64,000 bases of DNA from Deltaproteobacteria bacterium. Lineage in GTDB: Bacteria; Myxococcota_A; Polyangia; Polyangiales; Houyiibacteriaceae. The stretch spans positions 224,001 through 288,000 of the forward strand of contig JAXMNT010000001.1 of NCBI GenBank assembly GCA_034670305.1. Reading direction: 5' to 3'. Below, piece after piece: positions 25,957-35,008 of this stretch (its first letter is position 1; every line of letters begins with the position of its first letter). The position numbers and the translations under genes are program-made. Under the pieces are notes generated by a model that was not told the origin of the DNA, did no database searches, and was given only the letters and a program-made list of their open reading frames with translations.

Positions 25957-28007
25957 GCATGAAGCGCGAAGAACCTCTGGCCACCGGCCGGAGAGCCCCT
26001 GCCCCGGACCCCCGCAACGACCGACGCCGCCACACGCTGCGCGTGCTGTTCGTCCTCACGGGATGCACGACCCTCCTCTCGAGCATGTTGTGGTTCACCG
26101 CGCCGGCCGACGCCGTGACGACGCGCCACTTCACCCTGGACGATGCGGCATCGCTCGCGGCTGGGGAACTCGACGGCACGATGGTGCTCTCGAGCGGCCA
26201 GGTCACCGTCGGCGTGGCGGTTCGACGCATCGAACTCGAAGGCGCCGCGCTCGCGTACAGCGTCGCCCGCTCCGGCGAGACGCTCTTCGTCGGCACCGGC
26301 GACGGCGGCAAAGTGTTCCGGGTCTCCGGTGACGAAGTGACCTTGCTGGCGGAGACCGGTCAGCTTCTGGTCGCGTCGCTCGCGTTGGCGGGGGACACCC
26401 TCTACGCGGGCACCTTGCCCGAAGGCCGCGTGTTCGCGATCACCGTCGCGGACGGTGCGATTCGCGAAGTCGCGCGCCTCGAAGGCGCCGAACACGTCTG
26501 GGACATGGTGTGGGACGCCGAGCGTCGCCGCCTCTTCGCCGCGACCGGCCCCGAGGGCAAGGTGTTCTCGATCGATCCGCAGGGCCGCGCGGAGGTCTAC
26601 TTCGACGCCGAAGAAGCGCACGTGATGTCGCTGGCGCTCGATGCGTCGGAGGGCGGCGGGCTCTACGCCGGCACGAGCGACGAAGCGATCGTCTACCGGC
26701 TGCGCGCGCCAGGCGAAGCCGAGGTCGTGTACGACTTTCCGGGCAACGAAGTCACCGCGCTCGATGCCCGCGACGGGGCGATCGCCGTCGTTGCCAACGA
26801 CATGCCGGCGCCGCGTCCCGCGAGCAAGACCAAGAGTGGATCCCGCGCGCCGCGCGCCGGCAAGGGCCGCCTCTACCGCGTCGATCCCGAAGGCCGCACC
26901 GAGTCTCTGTACCAAGACGACGACCTGCACTTCACGAGCGTGCGCATCGCCGCCGATGGTTCGATGTTCGTCGGCACCGGAAAAGAGGGGCGCGTGCTCC
27001 GCGTCTCGCCCGACCACACGAGCGCGACCTGGGCGGACGTGGACGAACGTCAGGTGCTCGACCTCGATCCGGGCGACGGCACGACGCGGCCGGTGTTCGT
27101 GACCGGCGACGGCGCGGCGCTCTACCGCGTAAGCGGCGCGACCCCAGACGAAGCGGTGTGGACGAGCAAGGTCCTGGACGCGAACTTCACCGCGCGCTTC
27201 GGTCAGCTCACCTGGCGGGGCACCGGCCGCATGGAGTTTCAGACCCGCTCGGGCAACGCCGAAGAACCGGACGGAAGTTGGAGCGACTGGTCGGCGGCGA
27301 TCCGCACGCCCGGACCCACCCGCAGCCCAGCCGCGCGGTTCGTGCAGGTGCGCGCGAAGCTCTTGCAGCCCGACGCGGTCCTGCGCGCGGTGCGGGTGTT
27401 CTACCTGCCGCAGAACCAGCGCGCGTTGGTGCACCACATCGCCACCAAGAACGGCAGCTCCCCGCGTTCGACCTACCCACTGACTTGGAAGGTCACCAAC
27501 CCCGACGACGACGAACTCCGGTACCGGCTCCGGTACCGCGCCGAAGGACAGACGCGCTGGCGACCGATGTTCCGCGAAGACCACCGCCTCACCAAGACGG
27601 CCTACAGCTGGGATACGAGCGGCTTGCCCGACGGCTACTACGAAGTCGCGATCGATGCATCCGACGAGCCGAGCAACCCGCGCACCTCGGTGTTGCGCGG
27701 AGAAGCGACCTCCGAGCCGATCCTCGTCGACAACCATCCGCCCCGCATCGAAGGGCTCGCCGCCCGCGGCACCACGATCAGTGGCCGCGCGGTGGACGCG
27801 ATGGGTCCGATCGCCGCACTCGAGATGTCGATCAACGGAGACGACTGGCAGCCGATCCATCCGGAGGATCACCTGCTCGACACCGCCAACGAACGGTTCG
27901 AGATCACGCTCACCGATCTCGAGAGCGGCGAACACATCGTCGCCATCCGCGCGAAGGACGCCGCTGGCAACGAAGCGTCCGCCGAAACCGTCCTCCGCGT
28001 CCCCTAA
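25953..28007 (+). CDS. Secreted beta-propeller protein with FN3/Ig-like C-terminal domains
   Basis: ATGA overlap with the S55 gene; repeated LFVGTG..GKVFRV blades; WDTSGLPDGYY; LVDNHPP. Confidence 0.85.
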   Translation: MSMKREEPLATGRRAPAPDPRNDRRRHTLRVLFVLTGCTTLLSSMLWFTAPADAVTTRHFTLDDAASLAAGELDGTMVLSSGQVTVGVAVRRIELEGAALAYSVARSGETLFVGTGDGGKVFRVSGDEVTLLAETGQLLVASLALAGDTLYAGTLPEGRVFAITVADGAIREVARLEGAEHVWDMVWDAERRRLFAATGPEGKVFSIDPQGRAEVYFDAEEAHVMSLALDASEGGGLYAGTSDEAIVYRLRAPGEAEVVYDFPGNEVTALDARDGAIAVVANDMPAPRPASKTKSGSRAPRAGKGRLYRVDPEGRTESLYQDDDLHFTSVRIAADGSMFVGTGKEGRVLRVSPDHTSATWADVDERQVLDLDPGDGTTRPVFVTGDGAALYRVSGATPDEAVWTSKVLDANFTARFGQLTWRGTGRMEFQTRSGNAEEPDGSWSDWSAAIRTPGPTRSPAARFVQVRAKLLQPDAVLRAVRVFYLPQNQRALVHHIATKNGSSPRSTYPLTWKVTNPDDDELRYRLRYRAEGQTRWRPMFREDHRLTKTAYSWDTSGLPDGYYEVAIDASDEPSNPRTSVLRGEATSEPILVDNHPPRIEGLAARGTTISGRAVDAMGPIAALEMSINGDDWQPIHPEDHLLDTANERFEITLTDLESGEHIVAIRAKDAAGNEASAETVLRVP

Positions 28008-28008
28008 C

Positions 28009-28426
28009 GATCGGCGGCGAGCACGTGCAGGCCGCCAGTCTCGCGAAGCGAGCCAGGCCCGCACCGAAACAAGAGTCACCGGTCGTGCACCTGCGCAGCC
28101 GCAGGCGAGCAACTGGTGCACTCCTCCATGGATCACCGAGCGCCGAACCGACGCGGTGCAGCCGAGCGAAGCGAGCCAGCCGTGTCACCGGGACGGGGTT
28201 TGGGGGCTGTGCCCCCGAGCAAGAGGAGCGCCTGGACGCCGCGCAGCCGCCACTTGTCCCAAGTGCATCTTCACTGAACCAAGGGATCGGCGGCGAGCAC
28301 GTGCAGGCAGCCCAGGTGGGGAGGAGGCCGAAGGCCGGAGGGGGAACCCTTCCCCCTCTGAAAACGACGGGCACGACTTAGGGCCGCCAGTCTCGCGAAG
28401 CGAGCCAGGCCCGCACCGAAACAAGA
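28009..28426 (+). repeat. Composite palindromic repeat element, copy 2, with nested insertions
   Basis: REP-A at 28030-28060 and 28381-28412; core homologous to 5400-5550; REP-B inserted at ~28149-28219; another hairpin unit at ~28318-28361. Confidence 0.8.
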
Positions 28427-28691
28427 ACGTGTGATCCCACACAGGCTTGGACGAATTGTCCCGCGATGAAACAGGTTCTGTCCCTCAAGCGGCAAACTGA
28501 CAGCCACGCACGCGTGCGACACCTCCGAATTCGCGTGATAGCCTGGGTCCACTTGCTTGTGGTCGCTGCCCGGAGCGTGCTAAAAGCCCGGCGATCGTCG
28601 GGTCATCCACCCACTTCATTTCCTAGGCTCCACGCAGGGGTCGGATGGAGCGGACTGAACCGGGTAACGATCCTTCGAAGGAGGCAAACGG

Positions 28692-29621
28692 ATGGATTGG
28701 AAGAAGTTGGCTTTTGGAGCGCTCCTGTCGGGATCGCTGGTCGCCACCGGATGTGGTGACGACGACTCGGGCATGATGACGCCGGACACGGGCATGGAAG
28801 TGGACGCAGGTCCGCCCACGCCGGCCGAATGTGGCGGCGACGACTGTTTCTTCGTCGTGGACGAGCTCTCGATCCCGGTCGCAGACAGCGCCATGCCGAA
28901 CGTCGTCAACGGGTTCGACCTCGACGGCCGCAACAGCGACGAGACCGACCTGGAAGGGTGCGGACAGCCGGACTTCGTCGCGCCCGATGGCCGCGAAGGC
29001 ATCGACAACCAGCTCTCGACCCTCGCCCCTCTCCTCGAGATGGCCGCGGGCAACCTGGACGAGACGATCGCCATGGCCATCGCCGAGGGCAGCATCCTCC
29101 TTCTCGCCGAGTACACGGCGGACGGTGGACCGATCAACACGAACGGCAGCGGCAGCCTGAGCCTCTACCTCGGTCAGACGACCGACGGTGGCGCGCCCAT
29201 GGTCACCGGCACGACCCTCACGCCCGGCCAGACGTTCAACCTGGACCCGGCCGGCAACCCGATCACGACGGTTCCCGTCACGGTCGTTTCCGGCACCGCG
29301 ACCGCCAGCGTCGAAGTCATCGCGCTTGCGATTCCCTTCGATGAGACGACGACCATCAACCTCAACATCCGCGACGCGCGCGTGCAGGCGACGATCACCG
29401 GAGACACCCTCGTGGGTGGCATCATCGGTGGTGGCCTCAACGTCGACGAGCTCGTGACGACCGTCATGGCCGTCGCGCCGGACTTCGATGCGATGATGCT
29501 CCGCAACATCCTCGAAGGCGTGACCGACCTCGAGCCCGACACGTCCGGCATCTGCCAGTCGCTTTCGGTGGGCCTCGAGTTCCACGCCGTCGCGGCCGTC
29601 AAGGGCACCACCGGCACCTGA
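28692..29621 (+). CDS. Myxobacterial lipoprotein of unknown function
   Basis: RBS AAGGAGG; lipobox ATGC followed by GDDD; GFDLDG and GIDNQL motifs; strong codon bias. Confidence 0.85.
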   Translation: MDWKKLAFGALLSGSLVATGCGDDDSGMMTPDTGMEVDAGPPTPAECGGDDCFFVVDELSIPVADSAMPNVVNGFDLDGRNSDETDLEGCGQPDFVAPDGREGIDNQLSTLAPLLEMAAGNLDETIAMAIAEGSILLLAEYTADGGPINTNGSGSLSLYLGQTTDGGAPMVTGTTLTPGQTFNLDPAGNPITTVPVTVVSGTATASVEVIALAIPFDETTTINLNIRDARVQATITGDTLVGGIIGGGLNVDELVTTVMAVAPDFDAMMLRNILEGVTDLEPDTSGICQSLSVGLEFHAVAAVKGTTGT

Positions 29622-29643
29622 GCACAACGCTCTTTGATGCGAC

Positions 29644-29670
29644 ACGGTCGGCCTTCGGGTCGGCCGTTTT
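29644..29670 (+). terminator. Intrinsic terminator
   Basis: ACGGTCGGCC-TTCG-GGTCGGCCGT followed by TTT. Confidence 0.7.
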
Positions 29671-29925
29671 GCTTTAACCCGTTTTGCTTTAACCGGTGTG
29701 GATGTGGCCGCAGGCTCCCGAACCTGGCTGCCGGCTGATACACTCGACCCAACCTCGCAGACCGGTCTGGGGTCCCACCGATGTGTTCGATCCGATCGGG
29801 GGAGATTGCCCCTGGTCCAGCAACCCCAAGATGTACGTGCAGCACCTAGAGTCACTTACCTTAATGCCCCAGGCACCCCCTTCGCCCTTGATCCATAAGT
29901 CCGGAACGGGCAACAATACCGGGGT

Positions 29926-32466
29926 ATGGGGATGAATCACCCCACCGGGGGCGCGAACCCACAAAGTCAGCGCCAAGGCGGTAAGCGGGTCATCCCGTTC
30001 GGAAAGTACCTTCTCCTCGATCGCATCGCGGTCGGTGGCATGGCGGAGGTGTTTATCGCCAAGTCGTTCGGTATCGAAGGATTCGAGAAGATCATCGCGA
30101 TCAAACGAATCCTCCCGACGATGGCGGAGGACGACGACTTCATCAACATGTTCATCGATGAGGCGAAGATCGCGGGCCAGCTGAGCCACGCGAACATCGC
30201 GCCCATCTACGAGCTCGGCAAGATCGGCGAGTCGCACTACATCGCGATGGAGTTCATCTGGGGCAAAGATCTGCTCCAGATCATGAACCGCTTCCGCCGG
30301 CTCCGGAAGCGCATGCCCGCGCCCATGGTCGCGTTCATCGGCGCGAAGATGTGCGAGGCGCTCGAGTACGCGCACACCAAACGCGATCGTCGCGGCGAAT
30401 CGCTGAACCTGATCCACCGGGACATCAGCCCGCAGAACATCCTCGTCAGTTACGACGGCGCGGTGAAGCTGATCGACTTTGGCATCGCCAAGGCGGCTTC
30501 GCGCACGACCAAGACCCAGGCTGGGGTGCTCAAGGGCAAGTTCGGGTACATGAGCCCCGAGCAGGTGCGCGGTCTCCCGATCGACAAGCGCTCCGACATC
30601 TTCGCGGTCGGCACGTGCATGTACGAGATGCTCACCGCCGACCGGCTGTTCGTCGGCGAGAGCGATTTCTCCACCCTTGAAAAGGTGCGCCACGCGTCGG
30701 TGCAGGCGCCCTCGGGCGTGGTGCCCGGTGTGCCCCCCGAGTTCGACGAGATCGTCATGCGCTCACTCGCACGCGAACCGGCGGATCGGTACCAGAGCGC
30801 CGGCGACCTCCAAGAGGCGCTGCAAGAGTTCCTCGCGGTTCAGCGTCCGCCCTTCACGACCTCGAAGCTCGCCGCATGGATGCGCTCGGCGTTCGAGAAG
30901 GAAGCCGACGGCGAGAAGGCCAAACTCGACGGGTACGCGCAGATCGGGCGGCCTTCCGTGCTCAGCGGCCGGCCTTCGTCCCCGCCGCCACCGCCCGAGC
31001 CCATGGGCCGCGCGACCGCCCGGCCGCCTGGGGCAGGCGGACCTCCATTGCCTCCGGCACCGCCGCCCGTGGCTGCGGCCGCCGACTTCGGCGTGCTCGA
31101 CGACGACGATCCCTTCGAAGACGACATGGTCGGCGAAGCCACCGTGGTCGGCGCGTCCCCGTTCGACGAGATGGAAGAGGGCGCGTTCCAAGACGATGAT
31201 CTCGAGGGCGAAGCCACGCAGATCTTCTTCTCGGCCGACGACATGGAGCTCATCGAGGAATCGTCGCCCGCAACGGCCCCGATGCCCCAGCACGGTCCGT
31301 CGGTACAGGTCTTCGGAGCGCCGCGCGGCGGTGCCCCGGCGCCCGCACCCACACCCGCCCCGAGCCCCGGCGCGTTCACGGCTCCGGCTCCGACGCCAGG
31401 TCGCGGCGTTCCTCGCGTTGCGCCCGCGCCCACACCCGGTGCGCCTGGATTCGGTGCACCGGCACCGGCGGTCGGCGGCATGGGCATTGGGGATGACCGG
31501 CCCACCATGATGGGCGATCCGATGCCTCCAGGACCCCAGCCCCATGCTGGACCGGCGGCCGGTTTCGCGATGCCGCCGGGTGGGCCCGGCCCGCAGCGCC
31601 ACATGCCCACGGCCGAACTCAGCCGCATCCCGACCGGGGAGATCCCCGTTCCCGCCCAAGCCGATCGCAGCAAGAAGATCGCGTTCATCGCGATCGGCGC
31701 GGTCGCGCTGGTGGCCGCCGGGGTGGGTGGTGCGTTTGTCGTCATGGGCGGCGGACCGGACACCGGCAGCGTCGAGATCCGCACCGTGCCTGAGGCCAAC
31801 GCCGAGATCCGGATCGATGGAACCGTGCGCGGCAACGCGCCGGCACGGATCAGTGAGATCCCATCCGGCACGCGCATCATCGAGGTCATCGCCGAGGGCT
31901 ACCGCGCTGTGCGCCGCGAAGTCGAAGTCGGCGCTGGCACGACCGCGATGCTCGACATCGTGCTCATCGGGGAGCAGCCGCCGGTGGCCGTCGCCAGCAA
32001 CGCCCAGCCCACCGAGATGACCGGCGCGGGCGCCATCAACGCACCACCGACCACGAACCCCAGCGCGGAGACCGAGACCGAAACCGCGATGGTCGAACCG
32101 ACGATGGAAGAACCCGCCATGGTCGAGACGATGGCACCGGTGGTGGCGATGACGACCGAGATGGCCGTCGAGACACCGATGATCCAGCGGATCGAGATGA
32201 GCGCGATCATGCGCATCACCATGGCGGAGACGATGACCAGCACCATGATGCGTGCCCGCGGTGGACGCGGCACATTGGTCGTCAACTCCCATCCCTGGTC
32301 GCAGGTCTTCGTCGATGGTCGCCGTCGGGGCAACACGCCTTTGCCGTCGCTCGCCGTGCCCGCCGGCAGCCACCGAGTGGAGCTTCGAACCTCCGACGGC
32401 CGCACCCACCGCCAGACGGTCGAAGTCGAAGCCAACGAAACCGCCCGCGTCATCCACCGCTTTTAG
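29926..32466 (+). CDS. Ser/Thr protein kinase with Pro-rich linker, TM helix and two PEGA domains
   Basis: AVGGMAEVF, AIKR, HRDISPQN, DFG, GKFGYMSPE; PEGA-like GSVEIRTVP and GTLVVNSHPWSQVFVDG. Confidence 0.93.
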   Translation: MGMNHPTGGANPQSQRQGGKRVIPFGKYLLLDRIAVGGMAEVFIAKSFGIEGFEKIIAIKRILPTMAEDDDFINMFIDEAKIAGQLSHANIAPIYELGKIGESHYIAMEFIWGKDLLQIMNRFRRLRKRMPAPMVAFIGAKMCEALEYAHTKRDRRGESLNLIHRDISPQNILVSYDGAVKLIDFGIAKAASRTTKTQAGVLKGKFGYMSPEQVRGLPIDKRSDIFAVGTCMYEMLTADRLFVGESDFSTLEKVRHASVQAPSGVVPGVPPEFDEIVMRSLAREPADRYQSAGDLQEALQEFLAVQRPPFTTSKLAAWMRSAFEKEADGEKAKLDGYAQIGRPSVLSGRPSSPPPPPEPMGRATARPPGAGGPPLPPAPPPVAAAADFGVLDDDDPFEDDMVGEATVVGASPFDEMEEGAFQDDDLEGEATQIFFSADDMELIEESSPATAPMPQHGPSVQVFGAPRGGAPAPAPTPAPSPGAFTAPAPTPGRGVPRVAPAPTPGAPGFGAPAPAVGGMGIGDDRPTMMGDPMPPGPQPHAGPAAGFAMPPGGPGPQRHMPTAELSRIPTGEIPVPAQADRSKKIAFIAIGAVALVAAGVGGAFVVMGGGPDTGSVEIRTVPEANAEIRIDGTVRGNAPARISEIPSGTRIIEVIAEGYRAVRREVEVGAGTTAMLDIVLIGEQPPVAVASNAQPTEMTGAGAINAPPTTNPSAETETETAMVEPTMEEPAMVETMAPVVAMTTEMAVETPMIQRIEMSAIMRITMAETMTSTMMRARGGRGTLVVNSHPWSQVFVDGRRRGNTPLPSLAVPAGSHRVELRTSDGRTHRQTVEVEANETARVIHRF

Positions 32467-32569
32467 CGGGTCGCTGAAAAGCGACCTGCTCCCTTGCCCT
32501 TGCCCTTGCCGTTGCCCGCGTCGTGGACGCCGTGTGTTTCGCGACGGCGAGGCCGCGAATCGGTCGGTG

Positions 32570-32665
32570 CTACGCGGCGCAGCTCCGCAGCCGCGCGACG
32601 CGTAGGAGGTTGTATGCGGCGCCGGCCAGGTAGGCGGCGAACTGTGTCTCTTGCGTCTGGAGACG
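32570..32665 (-). pseudogene. C-terminal remnant of an IS5-family-like transposase
   Basis: TQFAAYLAGAAYNLLRVARL* resembles the AAYNL.R tail of IS5/IS1182-type DDE transposases and is oriented toward the IR at 32464. Confidence 0.65.
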
Positions 32666-32701
32666 ACCTCGATCGCACCGTCGGGCCGAGGCATCGAGGC
32701 C

Positions 32702-32863
32702 CGATATTTCTTGGGGGCACAGCCCCCAAACCCCGTCCCGGTGACACCGCTGGCTCGCTTCGCGAGGCTGCACGCTGTCGAATATTCGACGCGGCGAAGC
32801 CGAGCGAAGCGAGCAAGCCGTGTCACGGGGACGGGTTTGGGGGCTGTGCCCCCATGAATATCG
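32702..32863. repeat. ~160-bp imperfect palindrome of two inverted REP-B units (REPIN-like)
   Basis: Centre TCGAATATTCGA at 32778-32789; each arm carries GCGAAGCGAG...GTGTCAC...GGGTTTGGGGGCTGTGCCCCC. Confidence 0.85.
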
Positions 32864-32865
32864 AA

Positions 32866-32934
32866 CGGGCTCTCGCCCACCTCGAGCAGGTCGTCGCGAT
32901 GCTCGTCGCGCTGATCAAGCGATCTGACCGCTGA
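32866..32934 (+). pseudogene. C-terminal remnant of a four-helix-bundle (23S rRNA-IVP/Avd-like) gene
   Basis: ALAHLEQVVAMLVALIKRSDR* resembles the L.RIVAML.KL last helix of that family; a GGGCAA array follows. Short match only. Confidence 0.5.
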
Positions 32935-33026
32935 TCCGCGGGCAAGGGCAAAGGCAAGGGCAGGGGCAAGGGGCAGGCTGCGAGAACGCCCTGCGGGCGT
33001 TCTTCAGCAGCCTGCTAGGCGGCTGC

Positions 33027-34895
33027 TCAGACGTCTTTCGCTGCGGTCCGCCAGCCCTTGAGCTTTTTGGCGGCGACCGACAGCGACTTCGCCAAGCGGG
33101 CGACGTCTTCGTCGCTCCACCGCGCGACCGCCTCGACCGATTCCACACCGGCCGCCGCGAGCTTTTGAGCCCAGGACTTTCCGATGCCCTTCACGCGCTG
33201 GAGGTCGGTGGCGACCGGGTTCGCGCTCGGCTTGGCCGCCTTCTCGGCGGACTTTGACTTGGGCGCGGACTTTCCGGAAGCCTTCGCGGAAGCCTCCAGC
33301 GCGTCGATGCGCTGCAGAAGTCCCGCGACCACGTCTTCCGAGACGCCACCGGTACTGGCTTCGGGATTCGCAGTGGGAACCGCAGTGCTGGACTCGAGAA
33401 CCGCAGTGCTGGACTCGAGTGCCTCGAGCCGCGCCAGCAGTTCCGGCGGCATGCCCGCAGGCGCGGTGTTCTCGAGCGCTTCGAGCCGCGCGGCCACTTC
33501 GGGTGGGAGCGCGGGCGCGGTCTCGAGCGCTTCGAGGCGCGCAACCAGTTCGGTCGCCGCAGAGTTCGCGGACTCGAGCGCTTCGACCCGGCCGCCAAGT
33601 TCCGAAGAAGCCCGGGGCGCGGACTCGAGCGCTTCGAGCCGCGCCACGAGATCGGACGGTACCGCCGCAGACTCGAGTTCCGCCACGCGTCCGGCGAGCT
33701 CGTCGAGCGCCTCTTTGGCGATCTCTACCGAGGATCGCACGCCTTCGATGGCGGCCAGTTGGGTCCGCAGGTCGGCGACCGATTCGGTGGCTTTGCCGAG
33801 ACCCGTCTCGAGCGCGAGGATCTGAGCCGGATCGGAGATCGGCACGATCTCCTCGATCACACCGCCGATGCGGGAGCTGAGCGAGTCGACCAACGCATCG
33901 AGGCGTTCCTCGAGCTGGGCCGCTTTGGCCACCGCCTCGAGATCTCGGCTCGTACGTTTGTCGCTGTCGTCTTTCTCCAGCGCCTCGAGCCGTCGCACCA
34001 AGTCCGTGTCGGGCTCGGCGGTGCGCTTCTGCTGCAGCTCGGAGGCGGTTCGGGTCAACTTGGCGGTGAGCTCTTTGAGTTCGAGCTCGACGTACCGCAG
34101 CCGCGCCACCACCGCCGCTTGCCCCACCTGCTGGGTGGTGACCGGCGCCATCGCTGCGACCCCTGGCGGGCCGGGCTTGCTCATGGCTGTGGAGAGCGGG
34201 TCGGGCGGCAAGCCGACCAACGTCGAACGTTTGCCCATGTCACGCGCGGGCGGGGGGCCGGAAGGCGTGGATGCAGTCACCGCGCCGGAGTGCATCGGTG
34301 GTGGTGCGCCGCTTGGGGACGTGGCCGAACCACTCGCGGCAGGTCGGGCAGAGGCTTCGGGTGGCGTCGGTTTCGGCCCCGCGTGTGCAGGTTGCGGCGG
34401 CGCCGAGTGTGCAGCCGGTGTCGCCGGCTGCGGTGCCGTGGGTTGCGACGTTGGGGCGCTCGGCTTCGAGCCGGCTGGTCCGAATCCGGAGCTGGGTGGA
34501 AGCAACGGTCGCTTCAGGCGCACGGTCTCCTTCGACACGCGTCCGGCCGCGGGGGTGGCCGGTTTCGGTGCCACCGCGGGATGTGGACGCGGAGGTGGAG
34601 AACTTGGCCGGACCTGGGTGGGACTCTTGAGCTGGAAGACGGGTTTCGGGGGCACCAAGCTCCGGCCGAGCCGCGCGGCGGGCGGCGGAACCGACTTCGG
34701 AGCGACTGGCGGAGGCGGTCGACTTGCCCGCGGCGGAGGCGGCTCGGTCGGCGTCCGGGAGTCCGCCGGCTCGGCGCCGCGTTTCGGCAACGGCGGTGGG
34801 CCCGAAGACCGACCGGGCGGGGAGGGCGGGGGAGGAGCCTCGCGTTCGACATCGTCGAGGGCCAGCTCCTGCGTATCGTCGTCGCGCGTGCTCAC
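33027..34895 (-). CDS. Pro-rich / coiled-coil protein with C-terminal helix-hairpin-helix domain
   Basis: Disordered Pro-rich N-half; repeated (L/V)ARLEALE; DLQRVKGIGKSWAQKLAAAGV. Confidence 0.85.
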   Translation of the reverse strand: MSTRDDDTQELALDDVEREAPPPPSPPGRSSGPPPLPKRGAEPADSRTPTEPPPPRASRPPPPVAPKSVPPPAARLGRSLVPPKPVFQLKSPTQVRPSSPPPRPHPAVAPKPATPAAGRVSKETVRLKRPLLPPSSGFGPAGSKPSAPTSQPTAPQPATPAAHSAPPQPAHAGPKPTPPEASARPAASGSATSPSGAPPPMHSGAVTASTPSGPPPARDMGKRSTLVGLPPDPLSTAMSKPGPPGVAAMAPVTTQQVGQAAVVARLRYVELELKELTAKLTRTASELQQKRTAEPDTDLVRRLEALEKDDSDKRTSRDLEAVAKAAQLEERLDALVDSLSSRIGGVIEEIVPISDPAQILALETGLGKATESVADLRTQLAAIEGVRSSVEIAKEALDELAGRVAELESAAVPSDLVARLEALESAPRASSELGGRVEALESANSAATELVARLEALETAPALPPEVAARLEALENTAPAGMPPELLARLEALESSTAVLESSTAVPTANPEASTGGVSEDVVAGLLQRIDALEASAKASGKSAPKSKSAEKAAKPSANPVATDLQRVKGIGKSWAQKLAAAGVESVEAVARWSDEDVARLAKSLSVAAKKLKGWRTAAKDV

Positions 34896-35008
34896 AGGGG
34901 TCCGAACGATACCGACATTCGACTCTCATCACCACAGAGCTCGTCGAACTTCTTCGGGGATTGGCGGACCCGGTCGCGGGAACTCGGGGACTCCTCTATT
35001 CTCCGTAC

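Larger units (their letters stand above)
32464..33017. mobile_element. Degenerate composite relic bounded by IS5-like imperfect terminal inverted repeats
   Basis: TAGCGGGTCGCTGAAAA (32464) versus the reverse complement of TCTTCAGCAGCCTGCTA (33001-33017), 13/17 match; inverted GGGCAA arrays lie just inside. Confidence 0.6.

Noticed and set aside
28009-28426. Direct repeats with intervening sequence resembling a mini CRISPR array
   Set aside because: Only two units per locus, the spacers are long and homologous between loci, and there are no cas genes.
28430-28690. Long leader containing GGCAAAC, considered as a c-di-GMP or other riboswitch
   Set aside because: The remaining conserved elements could not be found by eye; an Rfam/Infernal scan would be needed.
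29664-29693. 15-bp direct duplication CCGTTTTGCTTTAAC at the terminator tail
   Set aside because: Most simply a local slippage duplication; nothing supports a function.
32866-32934. Avd-like tail as evidence of a diversity-generating retroelement
   Set aside because: No reverse transcriptase and no TR/VR pair with adenine-specific mismatches were seen in the window.
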